Source: an uncultured Rickettsiales bacterium
Lineage (GTDB): Bacteria; Pseudomonadota; Alphaproteobacteria; Rickettsiales; CANDYO01
NCBI GenBank assembly: GCA_964356785.1
Contig: CAYHIS010000001.1
Coordinates: 208,998 to 272,997 of the forward strand
Reading direction: 5' to 3'
Length of the DNA: 64,000 nt
The notes beneath the pieces are model-generated. The model worked only from the letters and a program-made list of their open reading frames with translations. It made no database searches and was not told the origin of the DNA. Below are positions 27,522-37,907 of this stretch, in pieces. Position numbers and translations under genes: made by a program. Every line of letters begins with the position of its first letter. The first letter of the stretch is position 1.

Positions 27522-28880
27522 CTAGAACACAATGAATTTATTCTCATAATATTCTAGCAAGCCCGGTTTTCCGCCTTCTCTTCCAAGGCCTGATTCATTA
27601 AACCCGCCATGGATAGTTTTATCAGCGCTAGTTGAAGTTTCATTGATACCAATAACTCCGAAGTTAAGCTCTTGCGATATGGATAATGCTTTTTTAAGGT
27701 TTGAGGTAAATAGATAAGCTGCAAGTCCATAATTTGTATTATTAGCGCGATCAATTACTTCTTCTAAATCAGAAAAAGTCAGGATAGAAAAAATTGGAGA
27801 GAATGCTTCCTCCTTAGCTATTTTCATTTCATCATTTAAGTTTCCAATTACTGTTGGTGGAAAATAAAATGCAGATTTTTGTTGCTGAGGTGCCAAAGCT
27901 TGGTATAAAATTTTAGCGCCATTTTGAAGAGCGTTTTCTAATAATTCTATAGTTTTATTTTTAGCGTTCTGATTAATAAGAGGGCCAATCTCAATTTCTG
28001 CTTCAGATAATTCTTTAATTAATTTATTGGTGAATTCATCCTTAATTGACTTATCTACAAAAATTCTATTTGGAGCAGTGCAAGCTTGTCCACTATTTCT
28101 GAACTTGCCAAGCATTATTTTTTTAACTGTTAAGTCAAGATCTGCATCTTTTAATATTATACAAGGAGCATTTCCACCTAATTCAAGGACAAGCTTTTTT
28201 ACTGTTTTAGCAGATTCTTGCATTAAATATTTACCAACGCCTATTGATCCAGTAAAAGAAATCATTTTAATCTGCTTACTTTCTAAAATAGCTCTTCCTA
28301 TTTCTTTATAATCTCCATATACAATGCCAAATACGTCTTCTGGAACTCCTGCAGTAATTGCAAGTTCTCTAAGTTTAATAGCGGTTAATGGAGTTTCTTC
28401 GGAAGGTTTTAATACTATACTACAACCGCTAGCCAATGCCGGAGCAATCTTTTTTGTAATCATAGCGCAAGGAAAATTCCATGGGGTAATGGCGCCAACT
28501 ACGCCAATGGGTTCCGATATGTTTATGCAGTATTGATTTTTTCTAAAATGAGGAGAGATTTCCCCATAAATTCTTAAGACCTCTTCAGCATAATATTTTA
28601 TAAAGCTATTTCCATAGTCAACTTCTACTAGAGCCTCCTTAAAGGGCTTGCCTTGCTCAGAATGCATTATTTGAGCAATCTCTTCTCTTTGGCTGTTAAT
28701 TAAATAATACCATTTGAGTAATATATCTGATCTTTCTTGAGGCAAGAGAGATTTCCAACTTTCCAAAGCAAGTGATGCTTTGTTAATTACTTTGATAGTT
28801 TCATCAAATCCCATTAATTCAAGATCACAAATTATGCTATTAGTATTTGGATTATATATTGGAAATCTATTCATATTCAT
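27522..28880 (-). CDS. gabD: NAD(P)-dependent aldehyde dehydrogenase, succinate-semialdehyde dehydrogenase-like
   Basis: ALDH motifs FTGS..VGK, LELGGNAP and catalytic Cys in GQACTAPNR. The specific substrate is inferred only. Confidence 0.75.
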   Translation of the reverse strand: MNMNRFPIYNPNTNSIICDLELMGFDETIKVINKASLALESWKSLLPQERSDILLKWYYLINSQREEIAQIMHSEQGKPFKEALVEVDYGNSFIKYYAEEVLRIYGEISPHFRKNQYCINISEPIGVVGAITPWNFPCAMITKKIAPALASGCSIVLKPSEETPLTAIKLRELAITAGVPEDVFGIVYGDYKEIGRAILESKQIKMISFTGSIGVGKYLMQESAKTVKKLVLELGGNAPCIILKDADLDLTVKKIMLGKFRNSGQACTAPNRIFVDKSIKDEFTNKLIKELSEAEIEIGPLINQNAKNKTIELLENALQNGAKILYQALAPQQQKSAFYFPPTVIGNLNDEMKIAKEEAFSPIFSILTFSDLEEVIDRANNTNYGLAAYLFTSNLKKALSISQELNFGVIGINETSTSADKTIHGGFNESGLGREGGKPGLLEYYENKFIVF

Positions 28881-28885
28881 ACCAT

Positions 28886-31800
28886 TTATTTAGCTAATAA
28901 AACTCCAAGCTTCTTAAGACTTAAGTCTATCATAGCATATTCAATATTATTATTTGATTTAACTTCTAAAATAAAGCGATCAAATAATTTTATATGCTTA
29001 TCATTTTGTTTGTACCATTTTTCTAAGCCATCTTCAGATCTTTCAGATAGTTCTACTGCAGAAGCTGTTATTCTACGATGTATATCATATAATTCGTCTT
29101 TAAATCCACGAATCGCAAGGTCTTGCCAGTTATTTTCTGCAACTAAATTATTTGCACAATGACGCAACCAATCTAAACTAAATCTATGTCCAATTTCAAA
29201 ATAGATAATGGCAACTTTTTGTGTAGCAACTTTATATTTGTTAGAAACTTCAACAATGTTATAAGCTGAAGATAATAAATTCAAAATAGCAATTTTTTTA
29301 GCAAGTTCAGAAGGTACTGACATAGTTATGAAATTACTCAAATCACTATTATAATTTTCCTTAAACTTTCCAATAGCGCAACCACCAATTATTGCATATA
29401 ATTCTTTAATTTTATCGCCATATTCTGATATTACCGAAGCTATATTAAGTTTTCCTTTGTAATTTCTTAATAGCCAGCTAGTTGACCTCATTACAAATTT
29501 TTTAATTACAATATAAAGTTTTGATTGATTCTCAACAGGAATTAGTCCATCTAGAGTATTTATTTCTTTCCATAAATTTCTTAAGTCAAAAACATCTCTT
29601 GTGATAGTATAAGCTCTTGCAATATCACAAAATTTATGCCCTGTTGATTCAACAGTTAAATGCAAATAAAATGTATCAATTCTATTTACCATGCTGTTCG
29701 TAATAGCTGTTGTAATTATCTCTCTTCTTAATGGATGAGAGGCAATTATTTCAGCAAATTTTTCACGCATTGATTCTGGAAAATATGCAGATAATTCGCT
29801 ATTAAAATATTCTTCATCTGGAATAGTTGTTTCTATTAAATTATTATAGATTGCATTTTTACTATATGCGAGCAACACAGAGAGCTCAGGGCGAGTTAAT
29901 CCAATTTTACTAGAATGAAGTTGCGCAAATTGTTGCGGTGAAGGTAATCCTTCAAGTTTTCTATCTAGAATCTCTGATTCTTCTAGTAAATTAATAAAAT
30001 GCTCTTGGCTTCCAAGAATTTCATGTCCTTCTTGCTCTGCTATTGTTAATGCTCTAGTTTGAGTGCGGTTATCTTTTAAAACAAGCTCCGCTACATCTTC
30101 TGTCATATGACGTAGAAGTTCTACCCTTTCTTCTTCAGTAATCATAGATTTTCCGAGGGCTTGATGAAGGGCTATTTTTATATTTACTTCATGATCAGAA
30201 CAATCAACGCCCGCTGAATTATCAATAGCGTCAGTATTTAGTCTGCCGCCTTTTCTAGCATATTCTATTCTTCCATATTGAGTTAAACCTAAATTTCCAC
30301 CTTCACCAATAATTTTGCATTTTAAATCTGAACCATTGCAGCGTAAATTATCGTTTGTTTTGTCTCCAACTTGTTCATTAGTTTCAAAACTTGCTTTAAC
30401 ATAAGTTCCAATTCCACCATTCCAAAGCAGATCCACCTCTGCTGTAAGCAAAACTTTAATCATTTCATTAGGTGTAATTTTATCAACAGGAAGTTTAAAT
30501 CTTTCCTTAATTTCAGGAGTTAGCTCAAGTAATTTTGCTTTACGATCATATATTTTGGCTCCTTTGGATAAAATTTCTGGATTATAATCAAGCCAAGTAG
30601 ATCTCGGCAAGTTAAAGAGTCTTTTTCTTTCTTCAAAACTTTTCTTACTATCTGGGTTAGGATCAATAAATATATGAATATGATTAAAGGCTCCAACCAA
30701 TCTAATATGTTCAGAAAGAAGCATCCCATTGCCAAATACATCTCCTGACATATCACCAATTCCAACTACAGTAAAATCTGTTTTATTAATATTTATGCCC
30801 ATTTCTTGGAAATGACGCATTACAGATATCCAACCACCTTTTGCAGTGATTCCCATTTTCTTATGATCATAACCATTTGATCCACCTGAAGCGAAAGCGT
30901 CACCTAGCCAGAAATTATATTCAGCAGATATTTGATTTGCTATATCAGAAAAAGTTGCTGTGCCTTTATCTGCCGCAACAACTAAATATGGATCCTTATC
31001 ATCGTAATGAACTATATGCTTTGGATGATGAGTTTTTCCTTCAATAATATTATCTGTAATATCTAAAATACCTCTTAAAAAGTTTTGGTAGCAATGAACA
31101 GCTTTAGCATATAATGCTTCTCTATCTAAACCAGTAATGTTCTTTAGAATAAAGCCGCCCTTAGAACCGGTTGGTACTATAACAGAATTTTTTACAATTT
31201 GAGTTTTCATTAACCCTAAAACTTCGGTACGATAATCCTCTGCTCTATCAGACCAACGAAGACCGCCTCTGGCCACTTTTCCACCACGAAGATGAATAGC
31301 TTCAAAATTTGCTGAATAAACAAATATTTCTCTGAATGGACGAGGAAGTGGAATTGAAGCAATCTTACAAGAATCTATTTTTAAAGAAATATAGTCTTTA
31401 TACTGACCATCAGCATCATGCAGAAAATAATTGGTTCTTAAGACATTATCTACTAAGTCAATAAATCTTCTAATAATTTGATCTTCAATATTATCATGAA
31501 TTAAACTTAAGTCTTTTTCTATAGCGTTTTTTAAGTGTTCTGATTGTGTTTTGCGTTCATCAATTGTAAGTTTATTATTAAACTTTGCATAAAATAGCTC
31601 TATAATTTGTTTTACAACATCAAAATGTTTATTTAAAACCTGACCAATATATTCTTTACTATAACCGATTTTTACTTGATATAAATATTCTGCAAATGAT
31701 CTTAAAAGAGTAATTTGTCGATGTGTTAGATTAGCTTTAAGAATTAATTGATTATAAACGTCATTTTGACATGTATGATTCCAAATAGCTGCTAAAGCAT

Positions 31801-33655
31801 CTTCAAGATTCAATTTTGCATCATTTATCATTTTTGCTTCATTATCATCAATTTTTAGAGTGAATTGGTGCAACCAAATATCTTTCTCATTTTCAGGGCT
31901 TATGATATAAATTTGTTCAGCAATAATATTAAAGTTCAGATTCTGTAATATAGGCATAATTAAAGATAGATTTAATTCTTCATTATAATATATCTTCAAT
32001 TGCGCAGTGTTCTTCTTACCTTCTGCTGAAGAATTTACTTTAAATAAAATATTGCCGTCATTCATGTTTTTAAAAATATTTTCTATATCTTCTAATATTT
32101 CATTATGGTAAAAAATACTTTCTTTATAGGCGCTTGGGAATGCTTGTTTAAATTTATTAAAATATTCACGCCCTTTATGTTTTCCATATTCATTAAATAT
32201 TAGGTTTCTTAGAAGAGTTTCCCAAGGTTTAGTAAGATTCCTTAAGTTTGTCTCGACTTCTTTTAAGTTATTAATTTGCCCCGCAGCGTTCTTAGTATCA
32301 ATAATAAAATGATAATAACAAAGTTTAGATGCATATACTTGAGCAAAATGGTGATTTATAATAGGACCATATTCAAAAGATAAAGCTAATTTTAATCTCT
32401 TTATATTCTGAGAGTTTGCTAAGTCCATAGGTAAAAATAATATACAACTTAATGTATCTCCTTGTTTTCGCATAAATAGTCTTAATTCAGGAGAGAAGAG
32501 TAAGGCATAAATTTCCATTAACAATGGGTACATCTCTTCAGCAGAAATTTGAAATAACTCATCTCTTGGCAGGGCCTCTATAATAGTAACCAACTCTTTG
32601 CCTGCATAGCTGGTAGGTAAGAAATTAGCTTTCTCTAATACATAACGTAATTTCCCCCTAATAATTGGTATTAAAGTAGCGCTTTGGTAATATAAGATTG
32701 ATGTAAATAATCCTATAAATACTGAAATCTTCTTTACTTCACCTTTGCTATCTGTGATCTTCAGGCAAAGATAATCAATATTTGCATCTCTATGAATGAC
32801 AGAAGGTTTGTTTAATTTTCCAATAGATAGAAGTTCATTAGTCTCAAAAATTGTTGATTTAATTAAATCATTAAATATATTCAATTCAGGTTTTAAAATT
32901 CCTAAAATAGAATCTTGTATAATTTCTGGGTTACCCTTACTAAATTCATACTCAATGCTTCCAAAATATACAAAATATTTACTCTTCATTTTTTCAAGAA
33001 ATTCTTTTTGCTCTTGATATAGATCGCTAGATTTATCTGAGTAATTAAAGAATTCTTTTGTAGAGTTTTCTATTTGTAAAACAATCTTTTTCCAGTCATT
33101 CACTGCATAATCTACAAGATTTAGAATGTTTTTTAATTCAGTTTCAACTTGTTTTAATAAATCTTGATCTAAAGAATGTGAAGTAACAATTTGAATAATA
33201 ATCTCTTGACTACAGTCTTTTTCCTGCTGGTTTTCTATGGATATTAAGTTCCCTTGCTTATCTCTTTTTACAAAAATATTGGGATGAGCCACTCTGTCTA
33301 CATCAATCTGCAACCTGTTAAGTAAGCACATAGCAGAATCAAACAGAAATGGTTTTTCATCAGAAAGAATCTCTATAATTGTATGATTAGACTCTGCAGT
33401 TTTTGATTTTCCATTATATATAGTGATTTTTGGCTCGGGTGATTTGTAATTTTCTAAGAATTTAAAAGCGTTTCTAGCTAATTCTACATATAAAGCATAA
33501 TCATCTTCTTTTGGATTTAACATCGGGATTGTAGCATAAAATTTGCGTACAAAAATTTCTTCCATGTTACTTGCTTGAAGAATATTGAGAATTTTTGTAA
33601 TATGTTGATGACTCTCTCCGTAGAGATGTTGCATTGTAAAATCGTATTCCTTCAT
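28886..33655 (-). CDS. gdhB: large NAD-specific glutamate dehydrogenase (about 180 kDa class)
   Basis: 1589 aa. Central catalytic region (RGGLRWSDR, KGGF, AADKGTA, GGSNGYDHKKMGITAKG) typical of the giant bacterial NAD-GDH family. Confidence 0.9.
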   Translation of the reverse strand: MKEYDFTMQHLYGESHQHITKILNILQASNMEEIFVRKFYATIPMLNPKEDDYALYVELARNAFKFLENYKSPEPKITIYNGKSKTAESNHTIIEILSDEKPFLFDSAMCLLNRLQIDVDRVAHPNIFVKRDKQGNLISIENQQEKDCSQEIIIQIVTSHSLDQDLLKQVETELKNILNLVDYAVNDWKKIVLQIENSTKEFFNYSDKSSDLYQEQKEFLEKMKSKYFVYFGSIEYEFSKGNPEIIQDSILGILKPELNIFNDLIKSTIFETNELLSIGKLNKPSVIHRDANIDYLCLKITDSKGEVKKISVFIGLFTSILYYQSATLIPIIRGKLRYVLEKANFLPTSYAGKELVTIIEALPRDELFQISAEEMYPLLMEIYALLFSPELRLFMRKQGDTLSCILFLPMDLANSQNIKRLKLALSFEYGPIINHHFAQVYASKLCYYHFIIDTKNAAGQINNLKEVETNLRNLTKPWETLLRNLIFNEYGKHKGREYFNKFKQAFPSAYKESIFYHNEILEDIENIFKNMNDGNILFKVNSSAEGKKNTAQLKIYYNEELNLSLIMPILQNLNFNIIAEQIYIISPENEKDIWLHQFTLKIDDNEAKMINDAKLNLEDALAAIWNHTCQNDVYNQLILKANLTHRQITLLRSFAEYLYQVKIGYSKEYIGQVLNKHFDVVKQIIELFYAKFNNKLTIDERKTQSEHLKNAIEKDLSLIHDNIEDQIIRRFIDLVDNVLRTNYFLHDADGQYKDYISLKIDSCKIASIPLPRPFREIFVYSANFEAIHLRGGKVARGGLRWSDRAEDYRTEVLGLMKTQIVKNSVIVPTGSKGGFILKNITGLDREALYAKAVHCYQNFLRGILDITDNIIEGKTHHPKHIVHYDDKDPYLVVAADKGTATFSDIANQISAEYNFWLGDAFASGGSNGYDHKKMGITAKGGWISVMRHFQEMGININKTDFTVVGIGDMSGDVFGNGMLLSEHIRLVGAFNHIHIFIDPNPDSKKSFEERKRLFNLPRSTWLDYNPEILSKGAKIYDRKAKLLELTPEIKERFKLPVDKITPNEMIKVLLTAEVDLLWNGGIGTYVKASFETNEQVGDKTNDNLRCNGSDLKCKIIGEGGNLGLTQYGRIEYARKGGRLNTDAIDNSAGVDCSDHEVNIKIALHQALGKSMITEEERVELLRHMTEDVAELVLKDNRTQTRALTIAEQEGHEILGSQEHFINLLEESEILDRKLEGLPSPQQFAQLHSSKIGLTRPELSVLLAYSKNAIYNNLIETTIPDEEYFNSELSAYFPESMREKFAEIIASHPLRREIITTAITNSMVNRIDTFYLHLTVESTGHKFCDIARAYTITRDVFDLRNLWKEINTLDGLIPVENQSKLYIVIKKFVMRSTSWLLRNYKGKLNIASVISEYGDKIKELYAIIGGCAIGKFKENYNSDLSNFITMSVPSELAKKIAILNLLSSAYNIVEVSNKYKVATQKVAIIYFEIGHRFSLDWLRHCANNLVAENNWQDLAIRGFKDELYDIHRRITASAVELSERSEDGLEKWYKQNDKHIKLFDRFILEVKSNNNIEYAMIDLSLKKLGVLLAK

Positions 33656-33689
33656 GATAAATGCTCTTTAAAACTTATTTGGTTATATT

Positions 33690-35057
33690 ATGCTTAATGA
33701 TAAAAAAACTATTTTTGCTCTTGCTACAGCGCCAGGAAAATCTGGAGTTGCCGTTATTAGAATTTCAGGACCAGATGCAGTTAACTCTATAAAATCATTA
33801 ACTAAAGGATCTGCCTTAAAACCCCGTCAGGCTACTCTCAGAAACCTTATTAATCCTAAAACACAAGAATTAATAGACAAGGCAATTATTATATACTTCC
33901 CTGGCCCAAATAGTTTCACAGGAGAAGATATTATAGAATTACATATACACGGTAGTAGAGCAGTTATCAATATTCTAATTAAGCTTCTATCTGATTTTAA
34001 CAATTTTCGTATAGCTAATCCAGGTGAATTTGCAAAAAGATCATTTTTAAATGGAAGAATGGATCTAACAGAAGCCGAAGGATTAAGTGATTTAATTGAA
34101 GCAGAAACATTAATTCAACAACAGCAAGCCGCACGTCAAATGCAAGGAGAATTAAGCGAGTTATATGATAATTGGAAGATGAAATTGATAAAGATGTTAG
34201 CTTTAATTGAAGCATACTTAGATTTTCCAGATGACGATATTCCAGATGAAGTAATCTCTGAGGTTAATAATGAAGTTGAGTATTTAAAAAATGAACTTGC
34301 TTTGCATTTAAATGATCACCGCAGAGGAGAGATTTTAAGAAATGGAATTTATGTGGCTATACTTGGTTCACCTAATGTAGGAAAATCAAGTTTATTAAAT
34401 TATTTAGCTAAAAAAGATGTGGCTATAGTTTCAAATATAGCTGGAACTACTCGAGATGTTATAGAAGTGAATTTAGATTTGGCAGGATATCCTGTTACAA
34501 TAGCAGATACTGCAGGAATCAGAGAAAGCCAGGATCTAATAGAGAAAGAGGGTATAACAAGGGCTCTAAGAAAAGCAGAAGATGCAGATATTAAAATTAT
34601 TATGTTAGCAGCAGATGATGACTCCTCCTACAAAATTAAAGCAATGATGGATGATAATACAATTATAATAATGAATAAAATCGACCTTCGTCATGTTGAA
34701 ACGATAGCCGAAACATCCAGAGATAACCATACTGGATCCTTCGGTTGCACTCAGGATGACGTTTTAGCAGTATCTGTAAACCAAAATATAGGATTAGATT
34801 TATTCTTAGAAAAACTTACAATGCTAATTTCTGAGAAATTTTCTCCATCCAGTGATCCGGTGATTACACGAGAAAGGCATAGATATCATATAAAAGAATG
34901 CTATGAAGCTTTATCTTTCTTTGATCTTAATAAGCCGTTAGAACTAGCTAGCGAAGATTTAAGAATTGCAACAAGAGCTTTAGGAAAAATAGTTGGAGTT
35001 ATTGATGTAGAAACTATTTTAGATGAAATATTCTTGAAATTTTGTATAGGTAAATAA
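33690..35057 (+). CDS. mnmE: tRNA modification GTPase MnmE, carrying an in-frame palindromic-element insertion
   Basis: N-terminal TIFALAT, G1 GSPNVGKSS, G3 DTAG, G4 NKID, C-terminal FCIGK. The segment RHVETIAETSRDNHTGSFGCTQDDV between G4 and G5 is encoded by repeat family D. Confidence 0.93.
   Translation: MLNDKKTIFALATAPGKSGVAVIRISGPDAVNSIKSLTKGSALKPRQATLRNLINPKTQELIDKAIIIYFPGPNSFTGEDIIELHIHGSRAVINILIKLLSDFNNFRIANPGEFAKRSFLNGRMDLTEAEGLSDLIEAETLIQQQQAARQMQGELSELYDNWKMKLIKMLALIEAYLDFPDDDIPDEVISEVNNEVEYLKNELALHLNDHRRGEILRNGIYVAILGSPNVGKSSLLNYLAKKDVAIVSNIAGTTRDVIEVNLDLAGYPVTIADTAGIRESQDLIEKEGITRALRKAEDADIKIIMLAADDDSSYKIKAMMDDNTIIIMNKIDLRHVETIAETSRDNHTGSFGCTQDDVLAVSVNQNIGLDLFLEKLTMLISEKFSPSSDPVITRERHRYHIKECYEALSFFDLNKPLELASEDLRIATRALGKIVGVIDVETILDEIFLKFCIGK
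34689..34761 (+). repeat. RPE-like palindromic element, family D, inside the mnmE coding frame
   Basis: CGTCATGTTGAAACGATAGCCGAAACATCCAGAGATAACCATACTGGATCCTTCGGTTGCACTCAGGATGACG. Same block order as the intergenic copy at 11081-11150. The reading frame is maintained through it. Confidence 0.8.
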
Positions 35058-35962
35058 TGCAAAATTATATAAATTCATGGGCTGATTTTTTAAGTAATGA
35101 GAAATCTTTTTCTAAGCACACAGTTTCCAGTTATTTAATAGATCTGGATTATTTTTTCAAATTTATAAAAGATCATTATCAAGAATCTATCTCCTTAGAA
35201 CTGCTTGATAAATTACTGCTCCAAGATTTTAGAGCCTGGCTTTCCTTTAGAAAACAGCAAAATTTTGCTTTTACTTCAACTGTTAGGGCAATCTCTTCAG
35301 TAAAGAATTTCTTTAAATTCATGATAAGATCACGTAATTTAAGTAATAAAGCGATTTTTAATTTAAAAAATCCTAAGCTACCATCTTCACTTCCTAAGGC
35401 GCTTAAAGAAGAGCAAACTTTTTTAGCTATTGAAACTCTACAAGAACTCTCGAATGAGCCTTGGATAGCTTTGCGAGATCAAGCGTTATTATACCTGCTT
35501 TATGGATGTGGGTTGCGTATATCTGAAGCCCTTTCATTGAGGCTCAAAGATTTATCCCGAGACTATTTTGTAATAAGAGGAAAGGGAAATAAAGAAAGAA
35601 TAGTGCCGGTTCTAAAAACAATAATAGATCATATAAATGAATATTTGAAGTTATGCCCATACTCCAGAGAAGAAAATGATTTTGTTTTTATAGGAAAACA
35701 AGGAAAGCCTTTAAATGCTGGAGTCTTTCAAAGACAAATTCGTTATTTAAGAAATATTTTAAATCTTCCAGAAACCGCAACTCCGCACGCATTTAGACAT
35801 AGCTTTGCTACTCATATTCTAGCGCATGGAGGGGATTTAAAATCTATCCAAGAACTTTTGGGACATCAAAACTTAACAACTACGCAGAAATATACAAAAG
35901 TTGAAAGTAATCACTTACTTAATGTGTATAATAAAGCACATCCATATACTAACAATCAGTAG
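35057..35962 (+). CDS. tyrosine recombinase, XerC/XerD family
   Basis: 301 aa. R..HxxR..Y catalytic pattern (GLRISE, HAFRHSFATH, LLGHQNLTTTQKYT). I cannot separate XerC from XerD by eye. The start overlaps the mnmE stop. Confidence 0.85.
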   Translation: MQNYINSWADFLSNEKSFSKHTVSSYLIDLDYFFKFIKDHYQESISLELLDKLLLQDFRAWLSFRKQQNFAFTSTVRAISSVKNFFKFMIRSRNLSNKAIFNLKNPKLPSSLPKALKEEQTFLAIETLQELSNEPWIALRDQALLYLLYGCGLRISEALSLRLKDLSRDYFVIRGKGNKERIVPVLKTIIDHINEYLKLCPYSREENDFVFIGKQGKPLNAGVFQRQIRYLRNILNLPETATPHAFRHSFATHILAHGGDLKSIQELLGHQNLTTTQKYTKVESNHLLNVYNKAHPYTNNQ

Positions 35963-35977
35963 GAATATAAGAAATAT

Positions 35978-37246
35978 CTATTTATCACCCCAAATCATTA
36001 TTTTTCCATTACTTCCAATAAAATATATCTTCTCATTCAAAATAAGAGGCATTCTATTCGTAGAAAAGCCGCTTTTATAATGTGATATTATTTTTCCATC
36101 TGAAGGTGAAACAAGTAAGAAATCTCCAGTATTTGAAGCAAGAACTATTTTTCCTCCTCCAATTATGGGGCCAAAATATTTCTCGTCCTTTTTTGTACTT
36201 GGAAGGTCTATCATCCAAACCAATTTACCATTCTCATTTTCAACAGCAATTAATTGGTTGTTATTATTTAAAAGGAAAATCAAATTTCCAGAAACCCAGA
36301 AAGATTTGGCATTAGGAAAATTTTGTCTCCATGAAATCTCATATGCTGCAAGATTTATCTTCATGAGCTCACTTTCTCCTGTTAATACATACAGGTTTTC
36401 TTTATCCATAACTGGAGAGACTATTGGGCCTTTCTCTAGGCTTCCATCGCCAATAATAGAGGACATCGCTAAGTTAACCTGAGTTATCTCTTCGCCATCA
36501 TAACGATTTAGAACTAACAAGTCACCAGCGGTAGTTATGCTAACTAATTTATTATCATACTCAATATTAGGTTGATAGAGATGACTAGAAGTTAAAGTAT
36601 AAACAGGTGCATCATAACTCCATAAAAGCTTTCCTGAAAAATTTATACAAAATAAAGTGTTATCTATAGAGTTAATATAAATCTGCTTATTTTGAATTAG
36701 TGGAATATAGCGAATTACATTTGGAGCTCTATAACGCCATTGTTCTTTTCCACTCTCGGCATTATAAGCTACAAAGTCTCGAGTGCCAGATGATACATAA
36801 ACAACTCCATTATCATATGCTATGCTGCCACCAATATTATCTTTTACTTCATTTTTTGCTGGCACTATAGCAGACCATAGTCTTTTTTCTAAAGAAATAT
36901 TATAAGCAGACAAAGTAGATTTAGTATAAGTATAGATAATGTCATTTATAATTATTATAGCTGAATCATTAGTAGATGGATTAAAATCGCTAGGTGAAAT
37001 TTTTTGGAGCATCTGTAATTTCGGTGATAATTTTAGATTGCTAGGTATATTCGTAAACTGATTATCATCACTAATTTTCCAAGTATGCAAATTAGTGGCC
37101 TTAGGAAGATTAGCTTTTACTTTTGAAGTTTTTCTTGATAATTCATAATGTAATACATTCATGCGATCTCCTTTTAAAGGAGGTCCTTTCTTGTCTGTAC
37201 AAGAGGTCAAAAAAAGTAAAACAATAATTAGTGATATTTTTTTCAT
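35978..37246 (-). CDS. bamB: outer-membrane assembly lipoprotein BamB-like (PQQ beta-propeller)
   Basis: Lipobox LTSC, with repeated W-containing beta-propeller blades (LWS, QWRY, LLWSY, ISWRQ, LVWM). Confidence 0.75.
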   Translation of the reverse strand: MKKISLIIVLLFLTSCTDKKGPPLKGDRMNVLHYELSRKTSKVKANLPKATNLHTWKISDDNQFTNIPSNLKLSPKLQMLQKISPSDFNPSTNDSAIIIINDIIYTYTKSTLSAYNISLEKRLWSAIVPAKNEVKDNIGGSIAYDNGVVYVSSGTRDFVAYNAESGKEQWRYRAPNVIRYIPLIQNKQIYINSIDNTLFCINFSGKLLWSYDAPVYTLTSSHLYQPNIEYDNKLVSITTAGDLLVLNRYDGEEITQVNLAMSSIIGDGSLEKGPIVSPVMDKENLYVLTGESELMKINLAAYEISWRQNFPNAKSFWVSGNLIFLLNNNNQLIAVENENGKLVWMIDLPSTKKDEKYFGPIIGGGKIVLASNTGDFLLVSPSDGKIISHYKSGFSTNRMPLILNEKIYFIGSNGKIMIWGDK

Positions 37247-37250
37247 AAAA

Positions 37251-37907
37251 TTATTTTGTTTTTGGAATTGAAGCTAAAGTACTAGAAGCAATATCATAAG
37301 TGAATTTACTTGCATTTTTTGATGACATGATTTCATTAAGACTTGCCTTAGCGCTATCATAATTTTTACCCTTGATATTGTACATTGCTTTTAGCTGCAA
37401 AGCCAACAAATACCAAGGTTTATTTTCTTTACTTAAATCATTTAAACTATTATGAATTTCTGTAGAAACTTCTTCATTTTTTTCTAACTTGTTTCCTAAA
37501 TATGTCGCTTTAGCTAGATCTCTAAATGCAATATCGAAATCTTTCGTATTTACTATATTCAATAGAGTTTTCTGCCCCTCTTCAAATTGATTAAGTTTAA
37601 ATTGAATGGATGCTTTCATAAAATAAGCTAACGCTGCATATTGATGATGAGAAGAATTAATAACTTGATTAAAATAATCAACAGCTTCACTATCTTTATT
37701 ATTTTCCATACTAATTATGGCTTTATTATATAGATCACCTAGTTTTTCTTGAAGCTTGAGATTATCGTTCTTACGCCAAACATAGCTAGCAACAGCGATA
37801 ATAATTGATATGGCCACTATTATAAAAATTCTAACTAATCTGCTAATCAACAGAGCGCGCTTCTCTTCCTTTATATCTGCATCAATTTCTTCGATTAAAT
37901 CTACCAT
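37251..37907 (-). CDS. YfgM-like TPR membrane protein
   Basis: 218 aa. N-terminal TM anchor plus TPR-like helical repeats, in the conserved position upstream of bamB. Confidence 0.6.
   Translation of the reverse strand: MVDLIEEIDADIKEEKRALLISRLVRIFIIVAISIIIAVASYVWRKNDNLKLQEKLGDLYNKAIISMENNKDSEAVDYFNQVINSSHHQYAALAYFMKASIQFKLNQFEEGQKTLLNIVNTKDFDIAFRDLAKATYLGNKLEKNEEVSTEIHNSLNDLSKENKPWYLLALQLKAMYNIKGKNYDSAKASLNEIMSSKNASKFTYDIASSTLASIPKTK

Noticed and set aside
35057-35962. The tyrosine recombinase might mark an integrated mobile element.
   Set aside because: Its size and motifs fit housekeeping XerC/XerD. It is translationally coupled to mnmE and flanked by core genes (bamB, degP). There is no att-like repeat or cargo.
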